This document shows positions 14,238-24,982 of a stretch of 64,000 nucleotides of DNA, piece after piece (the stretch's first letter is position 1; the number at the start of each line of letters is the position of its first letter). Source of the DNA: Deinococcus sp. (GTDB lineage Bacteria; Deinococcota; Deinococci; Deinococcales; Deinococcaceae). The notes beneath the pieces were generated by a model. It saw only the letters and a program-made list of their open reading frames with translations, was not told where the DNA came from and ran no database searches. The DNA lies in assembly GCA_965261005.1 (NCBI GenBank), contig OZ253375.1, positions 928,001 to 992,000 of the forward strand, given 5' to 3'. The position numbers and the translations under genes are program-made.

Positions 14238-15140
14238 TCAACGGGCCAAGGAGGTCTCAAAGAGCGCCGCATTCATCCTGACCCAGCTCTCCAGCGTGGT
14301 CTGCTCGATGGGGAGCGCCCGCAGTACAGCGCTCATGTTCACCACCTGAGCGTCCAGCGGCGCGGCCTCTCCGGCCCTGGCCCCCGCCGTAAAGGCCGCC
14401 TCGGCCTCCGGCCCCAGCATGGCGCCCATGATCTTGCCAAAGGCTTCCGGGCTGACGGTCTCGAAGCGGACGGCGCGGCCCAGGCCGGCGGAAAAGCTGC
14501 GGGCGATGTCGGCTCCCTTGAGCGCCTCTGGCCCGCCCACGTCGTAGGCCTGACCGGCCAACTCCGGGCGCCCCAGCGCCGCCACCGCCAAGCGGCCCAA
14601 GTCTTCGGCGGCGATCCAGGAGGTGGGGCGGCGCTCGTCAATTGGGAAGGCCACCACGTTTTCCCGCTGAAGACGCTCAACGATCCAGGGGGCCAGGAAG
14701 TTCTCCATGTAAGAGGTGGGGCGCAGGATGATGTTCGGCAGCCCGCTCTCGCGCAGCATCCGCTCGACGTGAATCCGGAAGTCCATCATGGGGGCGCCGG
14801 TCTCTTCCTCGGGGGTCAGGCCGCTGGTGTTCAACACCAGCAGCTCGACGCCAGCCTCGCGCGCCGCCTGAATGGCGTTCTGAGCGTATTCCAAGGGGTT
14901 GCCGCCGCCCGTCGAGGGCAACATCAGGAACACCTTGTTCACCCCGTGAGTCGCTTGCCGCACGCTTTCCAGATCGGCCAGGTCGCCCTGAACCAGCTCG
15001 GCGCCGGCCCGCTGCAAGGCCCGGTTCTTGTCGAGGTTCTTGACCAGCGCTCTGACTTGGTAGCCTTGCCGGAGCAAATTCTGGGCCACTGGGGCGCCTT
15101 GCGCGCCGCCCGCGCCATACGTTAAGACCAGTTCACTCAT
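14238..15140 (-). CDS. NmrA-family NAD(P)-binding protein
   Basis: MSELVLTYGAGGAQG, VQGDLAD, LRPTSYMEN; ATG 15140 after AAGGAG. Confidence 0.88.
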   Translation of the reverse strand: MSELVLTYGAGGAQGAPVAQNLLRQGYQVRALVKNLDKNRALQRAGAELVQGDLADLESVRQATHGVNKVFLMLPSTGGGNPLEYAQNAIQAAREAGVELLVLNTSGLTPEEETGAPMMDFRIHVERMLRESGLPNIILRPTSYMENFLAPWIVERLQRENVVAFPIDERRPTSWIAAEDLGRLAVAALGRPELAGQAYDVGGPEALKGADIARSFSAGLGRAVRFETVSPEAFGKIMGAMLGPEAEAAFTAGARAGEAAPLDAQVVNMSAVLRALPIEQTTLESWVRMNAALFETSLAR

Positions 15141-15228
15141 CGCGCGCTCCTTGAGAATTCGGCGTGCCCGTAGTGCCGGCGGTAAAGGGTAAGACCGCCC
15201 GACACCAGGCCCGTTCAGCCAGGCCCGT

Positions 15229-16317
15229 TCAGGACGTCGTGGCCAGCACCGGATAGTCGGTGTAGCCCTGGGGACCCTCGCCGTACATGGTGGATTGGTC
15301 AGGCGTGTTGAGCGGGGTGTCCTCGCGGTAACGCTCAACTAGATCGGGGTTGGCGAGGAACGGCACGCCGAACGACACCAGATCGGCGGTGCCCGCTGCT
15401 AGGGCGGCATTGCCCTTAGCTTTGTCGAAGCCGCCATTGGCGATCAGGGGCACGGAGATCAGGGGGCGGAAGGTCTCGGCAACGTGTTCGACCTGCACGG
15501 TGCCGGTCTGGAGGTCGCCCGCGTTCGGCTCCATCAGGTGCAGGTAGCCCACCCGCATCGCGTCAAGCTGGGCGATGACGTAACCAAAGGTCTCGCGCGT
15601 GTCGCTGTCGAACATGCCGCCAAAGCGGTTTGAGGGCGACAGCTTGACGCCAACCCGTCCTGACCCCCAAACGCCGATCATGGCCTCGACGACTTGCAGC
15701 AAAAAACGGGCGCGGTTCTGCACCGAGCCGCCGTACTCGTCGGCGCGCTTGTTGGTGCCGTCTTGCAGGAATTGGTCGGGCAGGTAGCCGAAGGCGCCGT
15801 GCAGCTCCACGCCGTCGAAGCCGGCCTCTTGAGCGTTCTGGGCGGCCCGGCCGAAGTCCTCGACGATGCCGGCAATCTCGGACGTTTCCAAGGCGCGCGG
15901 CACGGGGTAGCTGGCCGGACCCGCCGGCAGGTAGGACTGACCCTCAGCGGCGATGGCCGAGGGCGCGACCGGCAGTTCACCGCCCCGGATGTCCGGGTGC
16001 GACGCCCGTCCAGCGTGCCAAAGCTGGTTGTAAATGCGTCCGCCGGCGGCATGCACGGCGTCCGTGATCATGCGCCAGCCGTCCACCTGGTCTTGGCGGT
16101 GTAAACCGGGCGCGCGGATAATGCCGTGCCCTTGATCGGAGACCTGGGTACACTCGGTAACGATCAGCCCGGCGGACGCCCGCTGCACGTAGTAGTCGCG
16201 CATCAGCTCGGTGGGCACGCCGTCTTCCGTGGCGCGGGTGCGGGTCATGGGGGCCATCACCATCCGGTTGGGCAGCGAGAGGCCGTGCAGGTCAAAGGGG
16301 TCAAAGAGGGTGGTCAT
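15229..16317 (-). CDS. Old yellow enzyme / alkene reductase (NemA-like)
   Basis: NRMVMAPMTR, QLWHAGR, AGFDGVELHGAFGYL, LANPDL, GYTDYP. Confidence 0.93.
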   Translation of the reverse strand: MTTLFDPFDLHGLSLPNRMVMAPMTRTRATEDGVPTELMRDYYVQRASAGLIVTECTQVSDQGHGIIRAPGLHRQDQVDGWRMITDAVHAAGGRIYNQLWHAGRASHPDIRGGELPVAPSAIAAEGQSYLPAGPASYPVPRALETSEIAGIVEDFGRAAQNAQEAGFDGVELHGAFGYLPDQFLQDGTNKRADEYGGSVQNRARFLLQVVEAMIGVWGSGRVGVKLSPSNRFGGMFDSDTRETFGYVIAQLDAMRVGYLHLMEPNAGDLQTGTVQVEHVAETFRPLISVPLIANGGFDKAKGNAALAAGTADLVSFGVPFLANPDLVERYREDTPLNTPDQSTMYGEGPQGYTDYPVLATTS

Positions 16318-16433
16318 AAAAACTCCTGTGGGGCGCTTGGGAAGGTGTTATCAGCACTGCAAAGCCGAAACCGGGCATTCCGGAAAGAAGGCTCGCGGAC
16401 GGCAGCAGTTGCCCGAGTGGCCCTTCGGCCAGC

Positions 16434-16940
16434 TTATTTCACGCCCTGCTCGGCCTGAAAGCGGGCGGCGGCCAAGCCAAAGAGATCCATGTTCCCTTCG
16501 GTCCAGCTGACGTGCTGCGTGAGGCTTTCGATGCGCCAACCGTCCGGCGTGCGCAGCATGTGGTTGGTGTACGAACCGCGCATCAAGACGAGGTCGCCGC
16601 CTTCGGCACCGGCCAGGTAGTGCTGCGCGTACATGTACGAGGTGCAGATAGCCCGGTCCGGGTCGGTGGCGCTGAACTCAATGACGTGGTTGGGGCTGAG
16701 GTGCTGACGCGCTGTAAAGCCGCCCAGACTGTTGCGGCTAAAGCCGACGAACTCGTCGCGCGGAAAGTCCCGGGCGGGCATTCCCGCTTCGGAAAAGTTG
16801 ATATGAACGGGGTCCGTGAGACACGAGGCGAACAAGTCCCAGTCGGCGCGGTCAACAGCCATAGCGTATTTGATGACCCGTTCGCTGATGGCGTTGCGGT
16901 CTTCGAGCTGCTGAATTCGGGCGGCAAGATCAGTGGTCAT
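16434..16940 (-). CDS. SnoaL-like / NTF2-fold protein
   Basis: RIQQLEDR..I...YA.AVD..DWD, HLSPNH, RTPDGWRI. Confidence 0.8.
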   Translation of the reverse strand: MTTDLAARIQQLEDRNAISERVIKYAMAVDRADWDLFASCLTDPVHINFSEAGMPARDFPRDEFVGFSRNSLGGFTARQHLSPNHVIEFSATDPDRAICTSYMYAQHYLAGAEGGDLVLMRGSYTNHMLRTPDGWRIESLTQHVSWTEGNMDLFGLAAARFQAEQGVK

Positions 16941-17139
16941 GGATTTCCTTTCAGAGCAGGGGGGCAGGCGAAATGCCCCGTCAGGTGTGGGTAGGCACTT
17001 TTATCAGGCGGCAACAACGATCAGGCGATAACAGAGGGGCGGCGGTGGGGCGGTGCTGCGGGCGCCTCCCCCTCATGCCGTCGAGCATAAACCATCAGCT
17101 TCCTTGTGGGAAGGACATACCTTCAGGTAAGCTGCTTTC

Positions 17140-17604
17140 ATGACCGAGTCCCCGCCTCAGCACGATCAGGCCCTGTTCGCTTCCGACACCTTCGACCGGG
17201 ATTGCCCGGGCCGCGCCATCATGGATCAAGTCAGCAACCGTTGGGCCGCCCTGATCCTGGCCGCGCTGGCGGGCAGACCCTACCGCTTCTCCGCGCTGCA
17301 CGCGAAAATCGGCGGCATCAGCGAGAAGATGCTGTCCCAGAACCTCAAGACCCTGGTGCGCACCGGCTTGGTGGAACGCTGGGTCGAACCGACGGTGCCG
17401 CCGCAGGTCACGTACACCCTCAGCCAACTCGGCCGGGACCTCACGGGGCCACTTTCCGCCCTGATGCAGTGGATCAGCGTTCACACCGACGAACTGCTGG
17501 CCGCCCAGGCTCGCCATGACGCCGCATCCGAACAGGTAGCGGCGGGCGGTGCCGCGACCACCGTGCGCGCAGCCAGCCATACGCCAACCGGCCAGCCGAG
17601 CTGA
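17140..17604 (+). CDS. HxlR-family transcriptional regulator
   Basis: DCPGR, RFSAL, GISEKMLSQNLK, VPPQVTYTLS; divergent from the reductase operon. Confidence 0.9.
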   Translation: MTESPPQHDQALFASDTFDRDCPGRAIMDQVSNRWAALILAALAGRPYRFSALHAKIGGISEKMLSQNLKTLVRTGLVERWVEPTVPPQVTYTLSQLGRDLTGPLSALMQWISVHTDELLAAQARHDAASEQVAAGGAATTVRAASHTPTGQPS

Positions 17605-17764
17605 GTGGACGGCTCCGCGCGGCGGTGGGAGGGCGGCGCGGTGGCTCAGGAAAGCCGTAAAGCCGTACGCGAAGCGGCTTCCCTGGAAACCAGACAGTTC
17701 GTTCCGCTCGGAAAGTATTGACAAGAACACCCCCTACTGCCGGCAAATGCTTTAAAACAGGCGA

Positions 17765-19720
17765 ATGCTCCAGCCCGACAGCCTGCTCTCGTTGGTGTTT
17801 CCCTCCGACCCGCAGATTTCTCCGGACGGCCGGCAAGTGGTCTACGTCCTGACCCGCACCCAGGAGGAGGACCCGCACAAGCCGGACAAATCCGAGAAGG
17901 ACGTTCCCAAGCCGCGCTACAAGAGCGCCATTTATTTATCGGACGGCGGCGCGCCCAAGCAGCTCACCTCCGGGGAAAAGCGCGACTCGGCCCCCAGGTG
18001 GTCCCCGGACGGCAGCCGGCTCGCCTTTGTCTCCGACCGCGCGGGCAAGCCACAGCTGTTCGCGCTGCCCTTATCGGGCGGCGAGGCGCGGCAGCTGACC
18101 TTTTTCAAGGCGGGCGCGGGCGAGGCCAAGTGGAGTCCAGACGGCAGCACGCTCGCCTTTCTGTCGCGCGGCGACGACGAGGAGGGGCGCGAGGAGCGCG
18201 GCGAGGCGTTGGTGGTGACGCGGCTGCGCTACAAGTTCAACGGGGCGGGCTTTTTGCCGGAACAGGCGCGCAAGTTGTACCTGCTGGATTTGCAAGGGGG
18301 CCAGGCAGGTGAGAATCAGCCGCGCGAGCTGCACGCGCCCGCAACCGAGATTCAGGACTTCGTGTGGAAGCCGGACGGGAGCGGCCTGCTCTTCGTCGCC
18401 GCCGTGGACGAGGCCGCCGAGGCCGCTTGGCAAAGCGAGGTCTTCGAGCTGAGCTTGTCGGGCGAGGTGCGGCAAGTGACCCGGTGGAACTCGGCGCTGT
18501 CCGCCTTGGCGCCGCACCCGGACGGGGGGCGCTTCGCGGCCCTGGGCCATCCGCAGGACAAGCTCAACACCGAGGACACCCACGCCTTTGAGTTCGATAT
18601 GGCCGGCGGCGAGCCGAGGCGGCTGGACACGAAGATGGACGTGCCGGCCGGCAACATCGTGGCGGGGGACTGTCATGTGGGCGCCCTGCCGGGGCGGCCG
18701 GTCTGGCTGGGAGACCAGCTCACCCTGCAATACACCGTGGGCGGCAGCTGCGGGGTGTTCAAGCTGGAGAACGGGGAGGGGAAGCCGCTGGTCTACGAAG
18801 CAGGCGAGGTGGTGGCGGGCTTCACCGCCAACGCCAACGGCCTGGCGTGCCTGCGCGAAAGCGAGCACGCCTACCCGGAGGTCTACCTGAACGGGCAAAA
18901 AGTGACCGACTGCGCCGCCCAGTTGGGGGACGTGCCGCAGCGCAAGGCCGAGCGCGTCACCGTCCAGAACGACGAGGGCGCCGAGATCGAGGGCTGGGTA
19001 CTGCGCCCGGAGGGTGACGGGCTGCCCGCCATCCTCACAATTCACGGCGGCCCGCACACCGCCTACGGCCACGGCTTTGTGCACGAGTTCCAGCTGTTCG
19101 CGGAGCGCGGCTACGCGGTGTGCTACGCCAACCCGCGCGGCTCGGTCGGCTACGGGCAGGCCTGGTCGGAGGCCATTCACGGCCGCTGGGGCAGCGTGGA
19201 CCAAGCCGACTTGCTGGCCTTTTTCGACGCCTGCCTTCAGAAGTTTCCCGAGCTGGACGCGGGCAAGACCGCCGTGATGGGCGGCTCCTACGGCGGCTAC
19301 ATGACCAACTGGATCACCGGGCACACGGACCGCTTTGGGGTCGCCGTGACCGACCGCTCCATCTGCAACCTGGTCTCCTTCAACGGCACCAGCGACATCG
19401 CCCCGCGCTTTTGGCACGACGAGCTGGGGCTGGAGTTCATCAGGAGTGCGGACATTGACAGCTTGTGGGACATGAGTCCCCTCAAGTACGTCGAGAACGT
19501 GCGGACCCCCACCCTGATCATCCACTCCGAGGAGGACCTGCGCTGCCCCATCGAGCAGGCCGAGCAGTGGTTCACGGCCCTCAAGCTGCTGGGCACGGAG
19601 ACGCGCTTCGTGCGCTTTCCGGGGGAAACCCACGAGCTGTCGCGCTCGGGCCGCCCCGACCGCCGGGTGGCGCGCCTGAACGAGTACCTGAGCTGGCTGG
19701 ACGGGCACTTGAAGCCCTGA
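17765..19720 (+). CDS. S9-family acylaminoacyl peptidase
   Basis: WSPDG propeller repeats, IHGGP, GGSYGG, DLRCP, GETH. Confidence 0.93.
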   Translation: MLQPDSLLSLVFPSDPQISPDGRQVVYVLTRTQEEDPHKPDKSEKDVPKPRYKSAIYLSDGGAPKQLTSGEKRDSAPRWSPDGSRLAFVSDRAGKPQLFALPLSGGEARQLTFFKAGAGEAKWSPDGSTLAFLSRGDDEEGREERGEALVVTRLRYKFNGAGFLPEQARKLYLLDLQGGQAGENQPRELHAPATEIQDFVWKPDGSGLLFVAAVDEAAEAAWQSEVFELSLSGEVRQVTRWNSALSALAPHPDGGRFAALGHPQDKLNTEDTHAFEFDMAGGEPRRLDTKMDVPAGNIVAGDCHVGALPGRPVWLGDQLTLQYTVGGSCGVFKLENGEGKPLVYEAGEVVAGFTANANGLACLRESEHAYPEVYLNGQKVTDCAAQLGDVPQRKAERVTVQNDEGAEIEGWVLRPEGDGLPAILTIHGGPHTAYGHGFVHEFQLFAERGYAVCYANPRGSVGYGQAWSEAIHGRWGSVDQADLLAFFDACLQKFPELDAGKTAVMGGSYGGYMTNWITGHTDRFGVAVTDRSICNLVSFNGTSDIAPRFWHDELGLEFIRSADIDSLWDMSPLKYVENVRTPTLIIHSEEDLRCPIEQAEQWFTALKLLGTETRFVRFPGETHELSRSGRPDRRVARLNEYLSWLDGHLKP

Positions 19721-19792
19721 GTCTGAAGCCCTGAGCCTAACTGTGGCCCTTCGGTCGCTGAAGCCGCGCGGGCGGCAGGCTACAATCTCCCC

Positions 19793-21466
19793 ATGCCGCT
19801 GACCGCGCCACTTTTGATCCTGCTGGCCTACGCCATCGGCAGCTTGCCGCTGGGTTACTGGCTGCTGACCCGCTTGGGCTTTCGGCCGCGCCTCTTGTCC
19901 GCCCACAACCTCGGCGTCGAGAACGTCGTGCGCCAACTGGGCGCCGGCCCCGCCATCGGCAGCGCCGCGCTCGACTTCGCCAAGGGCTGCGCAGCGGTGC
20001 TGGTCACGGCCAGCCTGGGACGGCCCGAGCTGGCCGTGATCGGCGCCCTGGCCGCCTACGCCGGGCACCTCTTTCCGCCGCGCTTTCTGTTCCCGGACTT
20101 GCCGCCCAGGGGACGCGGCAACCTGGTGTTGCTGGGCGTGCTGGCGGGGCTGTACCTGGGCGCTGGGCTGAGCCTTTGGATCACGCTGTTGCCGCTGGCG
20201 GTGTGGGGCCTGACCCTGGGCCTGTCCGGCTTCGCGGCGGTGGCGACCGTGGCGGGCCTGGGCGCCTTCGCGCTGGCGCTGGGCCTGAGCGGCCTACCCC
20301 TGGGGGCCAAGTTGGCCGGCCTCGCGATCCTGGCCTTGGCGGCGTGGCGTTCGAAGGAGAATCTGGGCCGGGTGATTGACGGCCTGGAGCCGCGCGTGGG
20401 CGAGGACGTGCCGATGGGCGGCAAGAACCCCGATCAGGTGGTCGCGGCCTTTATGGTCCATCCCCTGACGCTGGAAGACTTTTGGCAGCCGAGGCGCTTC
20501 GCCTGGATGAAGACGCTGGTGGAGCGCGGCGTCGTGAGCGAGGCCAGCGTGCGCGACTTCGCCACCCGGCTGCGCCCCATGAAGCTGGGCGAGCTGCGTG
20601 GCATTCGCACGGCGGACGGCAAGGAGATTCGCGCCTACCTGATCTCCAGCCCGATTCTGCCCGCTACCTTCAAGGACCGGCCCGAGCTGGCCGTTCAGCG
20701 CGCCATTCAGGGCGCGCGCCTGGCGCAGGAACTCGGCGCCAGCGTCTTCGGCCTCGGCGCCTTTTGGAGCGTGGTCGGCAACAAGGGCGAGGACGTGCAA
20801 AGGGCCGTGCCCGAAATTCCCGTCACCAACGGCGGCGCCTACACCGCCGGCACCATCAAGGCCGCCATTCCCGCCATCCTGGAACACTTCGGGGCGGAGG
20901 GCCGCGACCTGGCGGCGGCCACGGCGGCGGTCGTGGGCGCCAACGGCGTGGTCGCCTTCGGGATCGCGCGCACCATTGCGCCGCAGGTCAAGAAGGTCAT
21001 CATGGTGGGCCGCGACCCCGAGCGGCTGGAGCGCAGCGCGCACACCCTGCGCCGCGCCAACCCGGCCACCGAGGTCGTGACCAGCCTGGACGTCGCGAGC
21101 GTCAGGGAGGCCGACCTGATCTTCACGGCCACCAGCGACCCCGAGCCGGTCATCTTCCCCAAGCACGTGAAGCCGGGCGCCTGGCTCTTCGACGAGGGCC
21201 GTCCCGCCGACGTTCACGACAGCGTGGCCGAGGTGGAGGGCGTGCGCGTCATCCCCGGCGGCGTGGTCCGCCCCCCCGGCGAGATGCGCGCCAGCGCCGA
21301 CATGCACTTCGGCGAGCACAACGTCCCCGCCTGCCTGGCCGAGACCCTGATCATTGCCGCCACCGGCGAGTACGACCGCAAGTCCCTGGGGCCGCAGACG
21401 AAGAGCGAGAACGTCAACTTCTTCGTGGAGCAGGCGGGCAAGCTGGGCTTCGAGGTCATTGGCTAG
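19793..21466 (+). CDS. PlsY-like membrane acyltransferase fused to an acyl-ACP-reductase-like NAD(P) domain
   Basis: [24 protein letters not shown] (PlsY); then [38 protein letters not shown]. Confidence 0.75.
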   Translation: MPLTAPLLILLAYAIGSLPLGYWLLTRLGFRPRLLSAHNLGVENVVRQLGAGPAIGSAALDFAKGCAAVLVTASLGRPELAVIGALAAYAGHLFPPRFLFPDLPPRGRGNLVLLGVLAGLYLGAGLSLWITLLPLAVWGLTLGLSGFAAVATVAGLGAFALALGLSGLPLGAKLAGLAILALAAWRSKENLGRVIDGLEPRVGEDVPMGGKNPDQVVAAFMVHPLTLEDFWQPRRFAWMKTLVERGVVSEASVRDFATRLRPMKLGELRGIRTADGKEIRAYLISSPILPATFKDRPELAVQRAIQGARLAQELGASVFGLGAFWSVVGNKGEDVQRAVPEIPVTNGGAYTAGTIKAAIPAILEHFGAEGRDLAAATAAVVGANGVVAFGIARTIAPQVKKVIMVGRDPERLERSAHTLRRANPATEVVTSLDVASVREADLIFTATSDPEPVIFPKHVKPGAWLFDEGRPADVHDSVAEVEGVRVIPGGVVRPPGEMRASADMHFGEHNVPACLAETLIIAATGEYDRKSLGPQTKSENVNFFVEQAGKLGFEVIG

Positions 21467-21500
21467 CGAGCGAGCTTTCAAGGCGCTATACACTACCCGC

Positions 21501-22031
21501 GTGAACACCCATCCCATTCAGGTCGGCGACGTGCGGCGCGATCTTCCCGTCGTGGAGGTCGCCCCCGGCGTGTCGGTGGCGCTCTTCAACATGCTGGGCG
21601 ACGCCGAGGTGACCGAGGCCGCCGGCCGGGCGCTGGCCGCCCAACTGCCCCCCGACATTGACACCCTGGTCACGCCCGAGGTCAAGGCGCTGCCGCTGGC
21701 GCACGTCATCTCACGCCTGAGCGGCAAGCCCTACGTCGTCATCCGCAAGACCCAAAAGCCCTACATGATCGCCCCGGTGGCGCGTGAGGTCGTCTCGATC
21801 ACCACCGGCAGGCCGCAACTGCTGGTCCTCGACGGCCACGACGTCCCCAAGTTGCGCGGCAAGAAGGTCGCCATCGTGGACGACGTGGTTTCCAGCGGCG
21901 GCACCCTGCGCAGCCTGACCGACATCATCGAGGGCGCGGGCGGCGAGGTCGCGGCCGTGGTCGCCGTGTTCACCGAGGGCGAGGAGCGGCCGGACGTGAT
22001 CTCGCTGGGGCACCTGCCGCTGTTCAGGTAG
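21501..22031 (+). CDS. Type I phosphoribosyltransferase (APRT-like)
   Basis: [16 protein letters not shown] loop; GTG 21501 lies 6 nt after TACACT. Confidence 0.88.
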   Translation: MNTHPIQVGDVRRDLPVVEVAPGVSVALFNMLGDAEVTEAAGRALAAQLPPDIDTLVTPEVKALPLAHVISRLSGKPYVVIRKTQKPYMIAPVAREVVSITTGRPQLLVLDGHDVPKLRGKKVAIVDDVVSSGGTLRSLTDIIEGAGGEVAAVVAVFTEGEERPDVISLGHLPLFR

Positions 22032-22086
22032 GGGAAATGAGTTGAAGCTGTTCATCGCGCTTGCATGAGAAATCTTATAGAAATCC

Positions 22087-22115
22087 TTGAGCGGACAGGC
22101 ATTTTGAGGTATACT
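22087..22115 (+). promoter_or_regulatory. sigma70-type promoter, leaderless configuration
   Basis: TTGAGC-N17-TATACT, 7 nt before ATG 22123. Confidence 0.6.
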
Positions 22116-22122
22116 GAGAATC

Positions 22123-22818
22123 ATGAAATTCATAAGTCAAGGTCGCTTGGATCGGGCAAAGCAAGGCATTGTTCTATTCAGTGCTCTCTTTTTGACGCAG
22201 AACCTTGTTTATGTGGCAAAGGAGGCTTCGAGGCGTAATTTCGTCGTGCCTTTTGGTACTCTCTTTATTTCTGTAACATTCTACCTTGGATTATACTGTA
22301 CATATTCCTGGATTGACGCTTTTCTCAGAGAAGACTTCTCGAGCTTGGCGAAAGCAACAAAGGCTTCTAGCAAAGCTTGGGCGTGGTACAGTTTCAGCTT
22401 TCTGATTCTTATACCATTATTTTGTTTCGTCCCGTCACTATCTGAATCTAGATGGAGAATGGGTGTCATTATAACTTACACTATACTTTTACTAATTGCG
22501 TTTTTATTCACAAAAGTAGTAACGAACTCTTTTTGCGCTTGGATGCGAAAGTCTTACCACGCGATATCAGGTAAGCAACAAGGTGTGGATTTTGAGCAAA
22601 CCCGCAGTATCAAAGGGTGGTTGACATTATTACAATTCCTTCAATTTGCGTCAATTTTTGACTTTGTATTTCGATTACTATCAACTCGTCCATTAACACA
22701 ATGGGATATCTTCTACTTTTTTCTTACTAGTCTCGTTGGTGTGGCAGGCTTTCTGGCGATCATGTGGATTAAGGGCATAATGGGGCTAGTTCCAACAGCT
22801 GGAGAAGTGACGGCGTGA
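22123..22818 (+). CDS. Hypothetical low-GC multi-pass membrane protein
   Basis: AT-rich ORF with about 6 hydrophobic segments and its own promoter. Confidence 0.7.
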   Translation: MKFISQGRLDRAKQGIVLFSALFLTQNLVYVAKEASRRNFVVPFGTLFISVTFYLGLYCTYSWIDAFLREDFSSLAKATKASSKAWAWYSFSFLILIPLFCFVPSLSESRWRMGVIITYTILLLIAFLFTKVVTNSFCAWMRKSYHAISGKQQGVDFEQTRSIKGWLTLLQFLQFASIFDFVFRLLSTRPLTQWDIFYFFLTSLVGVAGFLAIMWIKGIMGLVPTAGEVTA

Positions 22819-23019
22819 ATACTTGAATGACGGGAAGCTGCATTCTTATATGAGATTGCTTTGATTCCAATCTATGTTGGAAAAGCACCAACATAGATTT
22901 CCATCGCCGCCATCCCGTACTTTCTTCTACTCGCTCCGCTCGGATTCGTCTTCGACTCATCTTAAGTTCGTATTAGCAGATTGATACAAGTTCGTCCTTC
23001 CATCCCGTAGACTCTCCCC

Positions 23020-23550
23020 ATGCCAAGCTTCAGCGTCACCGTCGGGAACGTCACGCGCGAGCTGCCGACCATTCAGGTGGGCGAGATGGGGCGGGTTCCT
23101 TTGGTGGAGTTTCTGGGGGACGCCGCCTTTACGAACGCCGTCGCGGACGCGCTGCTGCCCCTGTTGCCGGCAGGCGCCGAGGTCATCCTGAGCGTGTCCA
23201 CCAGCAGCATCCCGCTGGCCCACGCCCTCAGCGAGCGCAGCCAGCTTCCCTACGTCATCGTCCGCAAGAAGCGCCGCACCTACATGCGCGACCCGCTGAT
23301 TCAGGACGTGCCCAGCATGACCCTGGGCGTGCGCGAAACGCTGTGGCTCGACGGGCGCCACGCCCGGCAGCTGGGCGGCAAACAGGTCGCTATCCTGACC
23401 GACGTGGTTTCCAGCGGCGGCACCGCCGAGGCTTTGGCCCGCCTGACCGTGCGCGCCGGCGGCGAGGTGGCCGGCTACCTGGCCGCCTTCAAGCAGGGGG
23501 AGCCGCGCATAGACGTGAGATACTTGCAGGAATTGCCAAAGGTGCTGTAA
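23020..23550 (+). CDS. Type I phosphoribosyltransferase (second paralogue)
   Basis: [25 protein letters not shown] 6 nt upstream. Confidence 0.85.
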   Translation: MPSFSVTVGNVTRELPTIQVGEMGRVPLVEFLGDAAFTNAVADALLPLLPAGAEVILSVSTSSIPLAHALSERSQLPYVIVRKKRRTYMRDPLIQDVPSMTLGVRETLWLDGRHARQLGGKQVAILTDVVSSGGTAEALARLTVRAGGEVAGYLAAFKQGEPRIDVRYLQELPKVL

Positions 23551-23575
23551 GAAGCTCCTTTTCCAGCCCACACCC

Positions 23576-24940
23576 TCACTCGAAAATCTTGCCCGGATTG
23601 AGCAAGCCCTGCGGATCAAACACACTCTTGATCTCGCGCATCACGTCCAGGGCGTCGCCGTGTTCGGCGCGCAGGTACTTGCGCTTGCGGATGCCCACGC
23701 CGTGTTCCCCCGTGCAGGTGCCGCCCAGCTCCAGCGCCTTCTTGGTCATGCCGTCCGACACGCGGGCGATGCGCTCCCAAGCGTCTGTATCGTCTTTCGG
23801 GGCGTGGAAGAGCAGGTGGAAGTTGCCGTCTCCGACGTGCCCGACCATTGGGGCGTTCAGGTGGTTTTCCGCAAGCAGGCGCCCCGTCTCGGCCCAAGCC
23901 TCCGGCAGGGCGGCCACGGGCACGCACACGTCGCTGGTCCGGTTCACGTCGCCGGGAAAGGCGGCGCGAATGGCGTAGTAGGCGTGGTGGCGCGCGGTCC
24001 AGAGCTTTTCACGCTCCCCTTCCGTGGTCGCGCGTCCCGTCACCTCGCCGCCGGCCAACCCGCACAGCTCCTGGGCGAGGTCCAATTGGGCCTGCACGTC
24101 CGCCGTGTCGCGCCCAGCCAGCTCGATCCACAGGGTGGGCGCTTCCCGGTCATGACGGTTTTTATAGGCGTTCACGGCGCGAATGGCCCCCGCGTCCACC
24201 AGCTCCAAACGCTGTGGTGACGCGCCCGCCCCGATCAAGCTGACGGCGGCCTCCACGGCCGACGCCACGCTGGGAAAGTTGACTTGCACCGACGCGACCG
24301 CCCCCGGCAGCGGCCACAGCCGCACCGTCAGCTCGGTGATGACGCCCAGGGTGCCCTCCGACCCCAGAAAGAGGTGTTTGAGGTTGTAGCCGGCGCTCGA
24401 CTTGCGCGCCTGGCTGCCCACCCGGATCACCCGGCCATCTATCAGCGCGACGCGCATTTCCAGCACGTTCTCGCGCATGGTGCCGTACTTGAGCGCCATG
24501 GTGCCGCTCGCGCCGGTGGCCGCCATGCCGCCCAGCGTGGCGTCGGCGCCGGGGTCCACCGCGAAGAAGAGGCCGTGCGGGCGCGCGAGGCGCGACAGCT
24601 CGGGGTACGGTACGCCCGGCTGCGCGGTGGCGCTGAAGTTGGCCGGATCAAGCGCCAACACCCGGTTCATGCGCGTCAGGTTCAGGCTGACGCCCCCCGC
24701 CACCGGCACGGCGTTTCCCTCCAGCGAGCTGCCCGCCGCGAAGGGAGTGAGCGGCACGCCACGCTCACGGGCGTACCCCAGCGCGGCCACCACGTCGGCC
24801 TCGCTCTCGGCGTACACGACGGCCTGCGGCGGGTGAGCGCCGGGGTAGCCCTCGTCGCGCCCGTGCTGCTCCAAATCACTCGGGAGGACGCTGAAGCGCT
24901 CGCCGAACAGCGCCCGCAAGTCCTCGGCTTGGCTGGTCAT
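23576..24940 (-). CDS. FAD-binding oxidoreductase (D-lactate dehydrogenase / GlcD-like)
   Basis: [42 protein letters not shown]. Confidence 0.92.
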   Translation of the reverse strand: MTSQAEDLRALFGERFSVLPSDLEQHGRDEGYPGAHPPQAVVYAESEADVVAALGYARERGVPLTPFAAGSSLEGNAVPVAGGVSLNLTRMNRVLALDPANFSATAQPGVPYPELSRLARPHGLFFAVDPGADATLGGMAATGASGTMALKYGTMRENVLEMRVALIDGRVIRVGSQARKSSAGYNLKHLFLGSEGTLGVITELTVRLWPLPGAVASVQVNFPSVASAVEAAVSLIGAGASPQRLELVDAGAIRAVNAYKNRHDREAPTLWIELAGRDTADVQAQLDLAQELCGLAGGEVTGRATTEGEREKLWTARHHAYYAIRAAFPGDVNRTSDVCVPVAALPEAWAETGRLLAENHLNAPMVGHVGDGNFHLLFHAPKDDTDAWERIARVSDGMTKKALELGGTCTGEHGVGIRKRKYLRAEHGDALDVMREIKSVFDPQGLLNPGKIFE

Positions 24941-24982
24941 GCCCCAGGGTAATTCAAACGGCCCGATGTCAGGGGAATTGGG

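Noticed and set aside
22769..22960. 63-aa minus-strand ORF in the low-GC insert
   Set aside because: Overlaps the membrane gene and has no motif or convincing start signal
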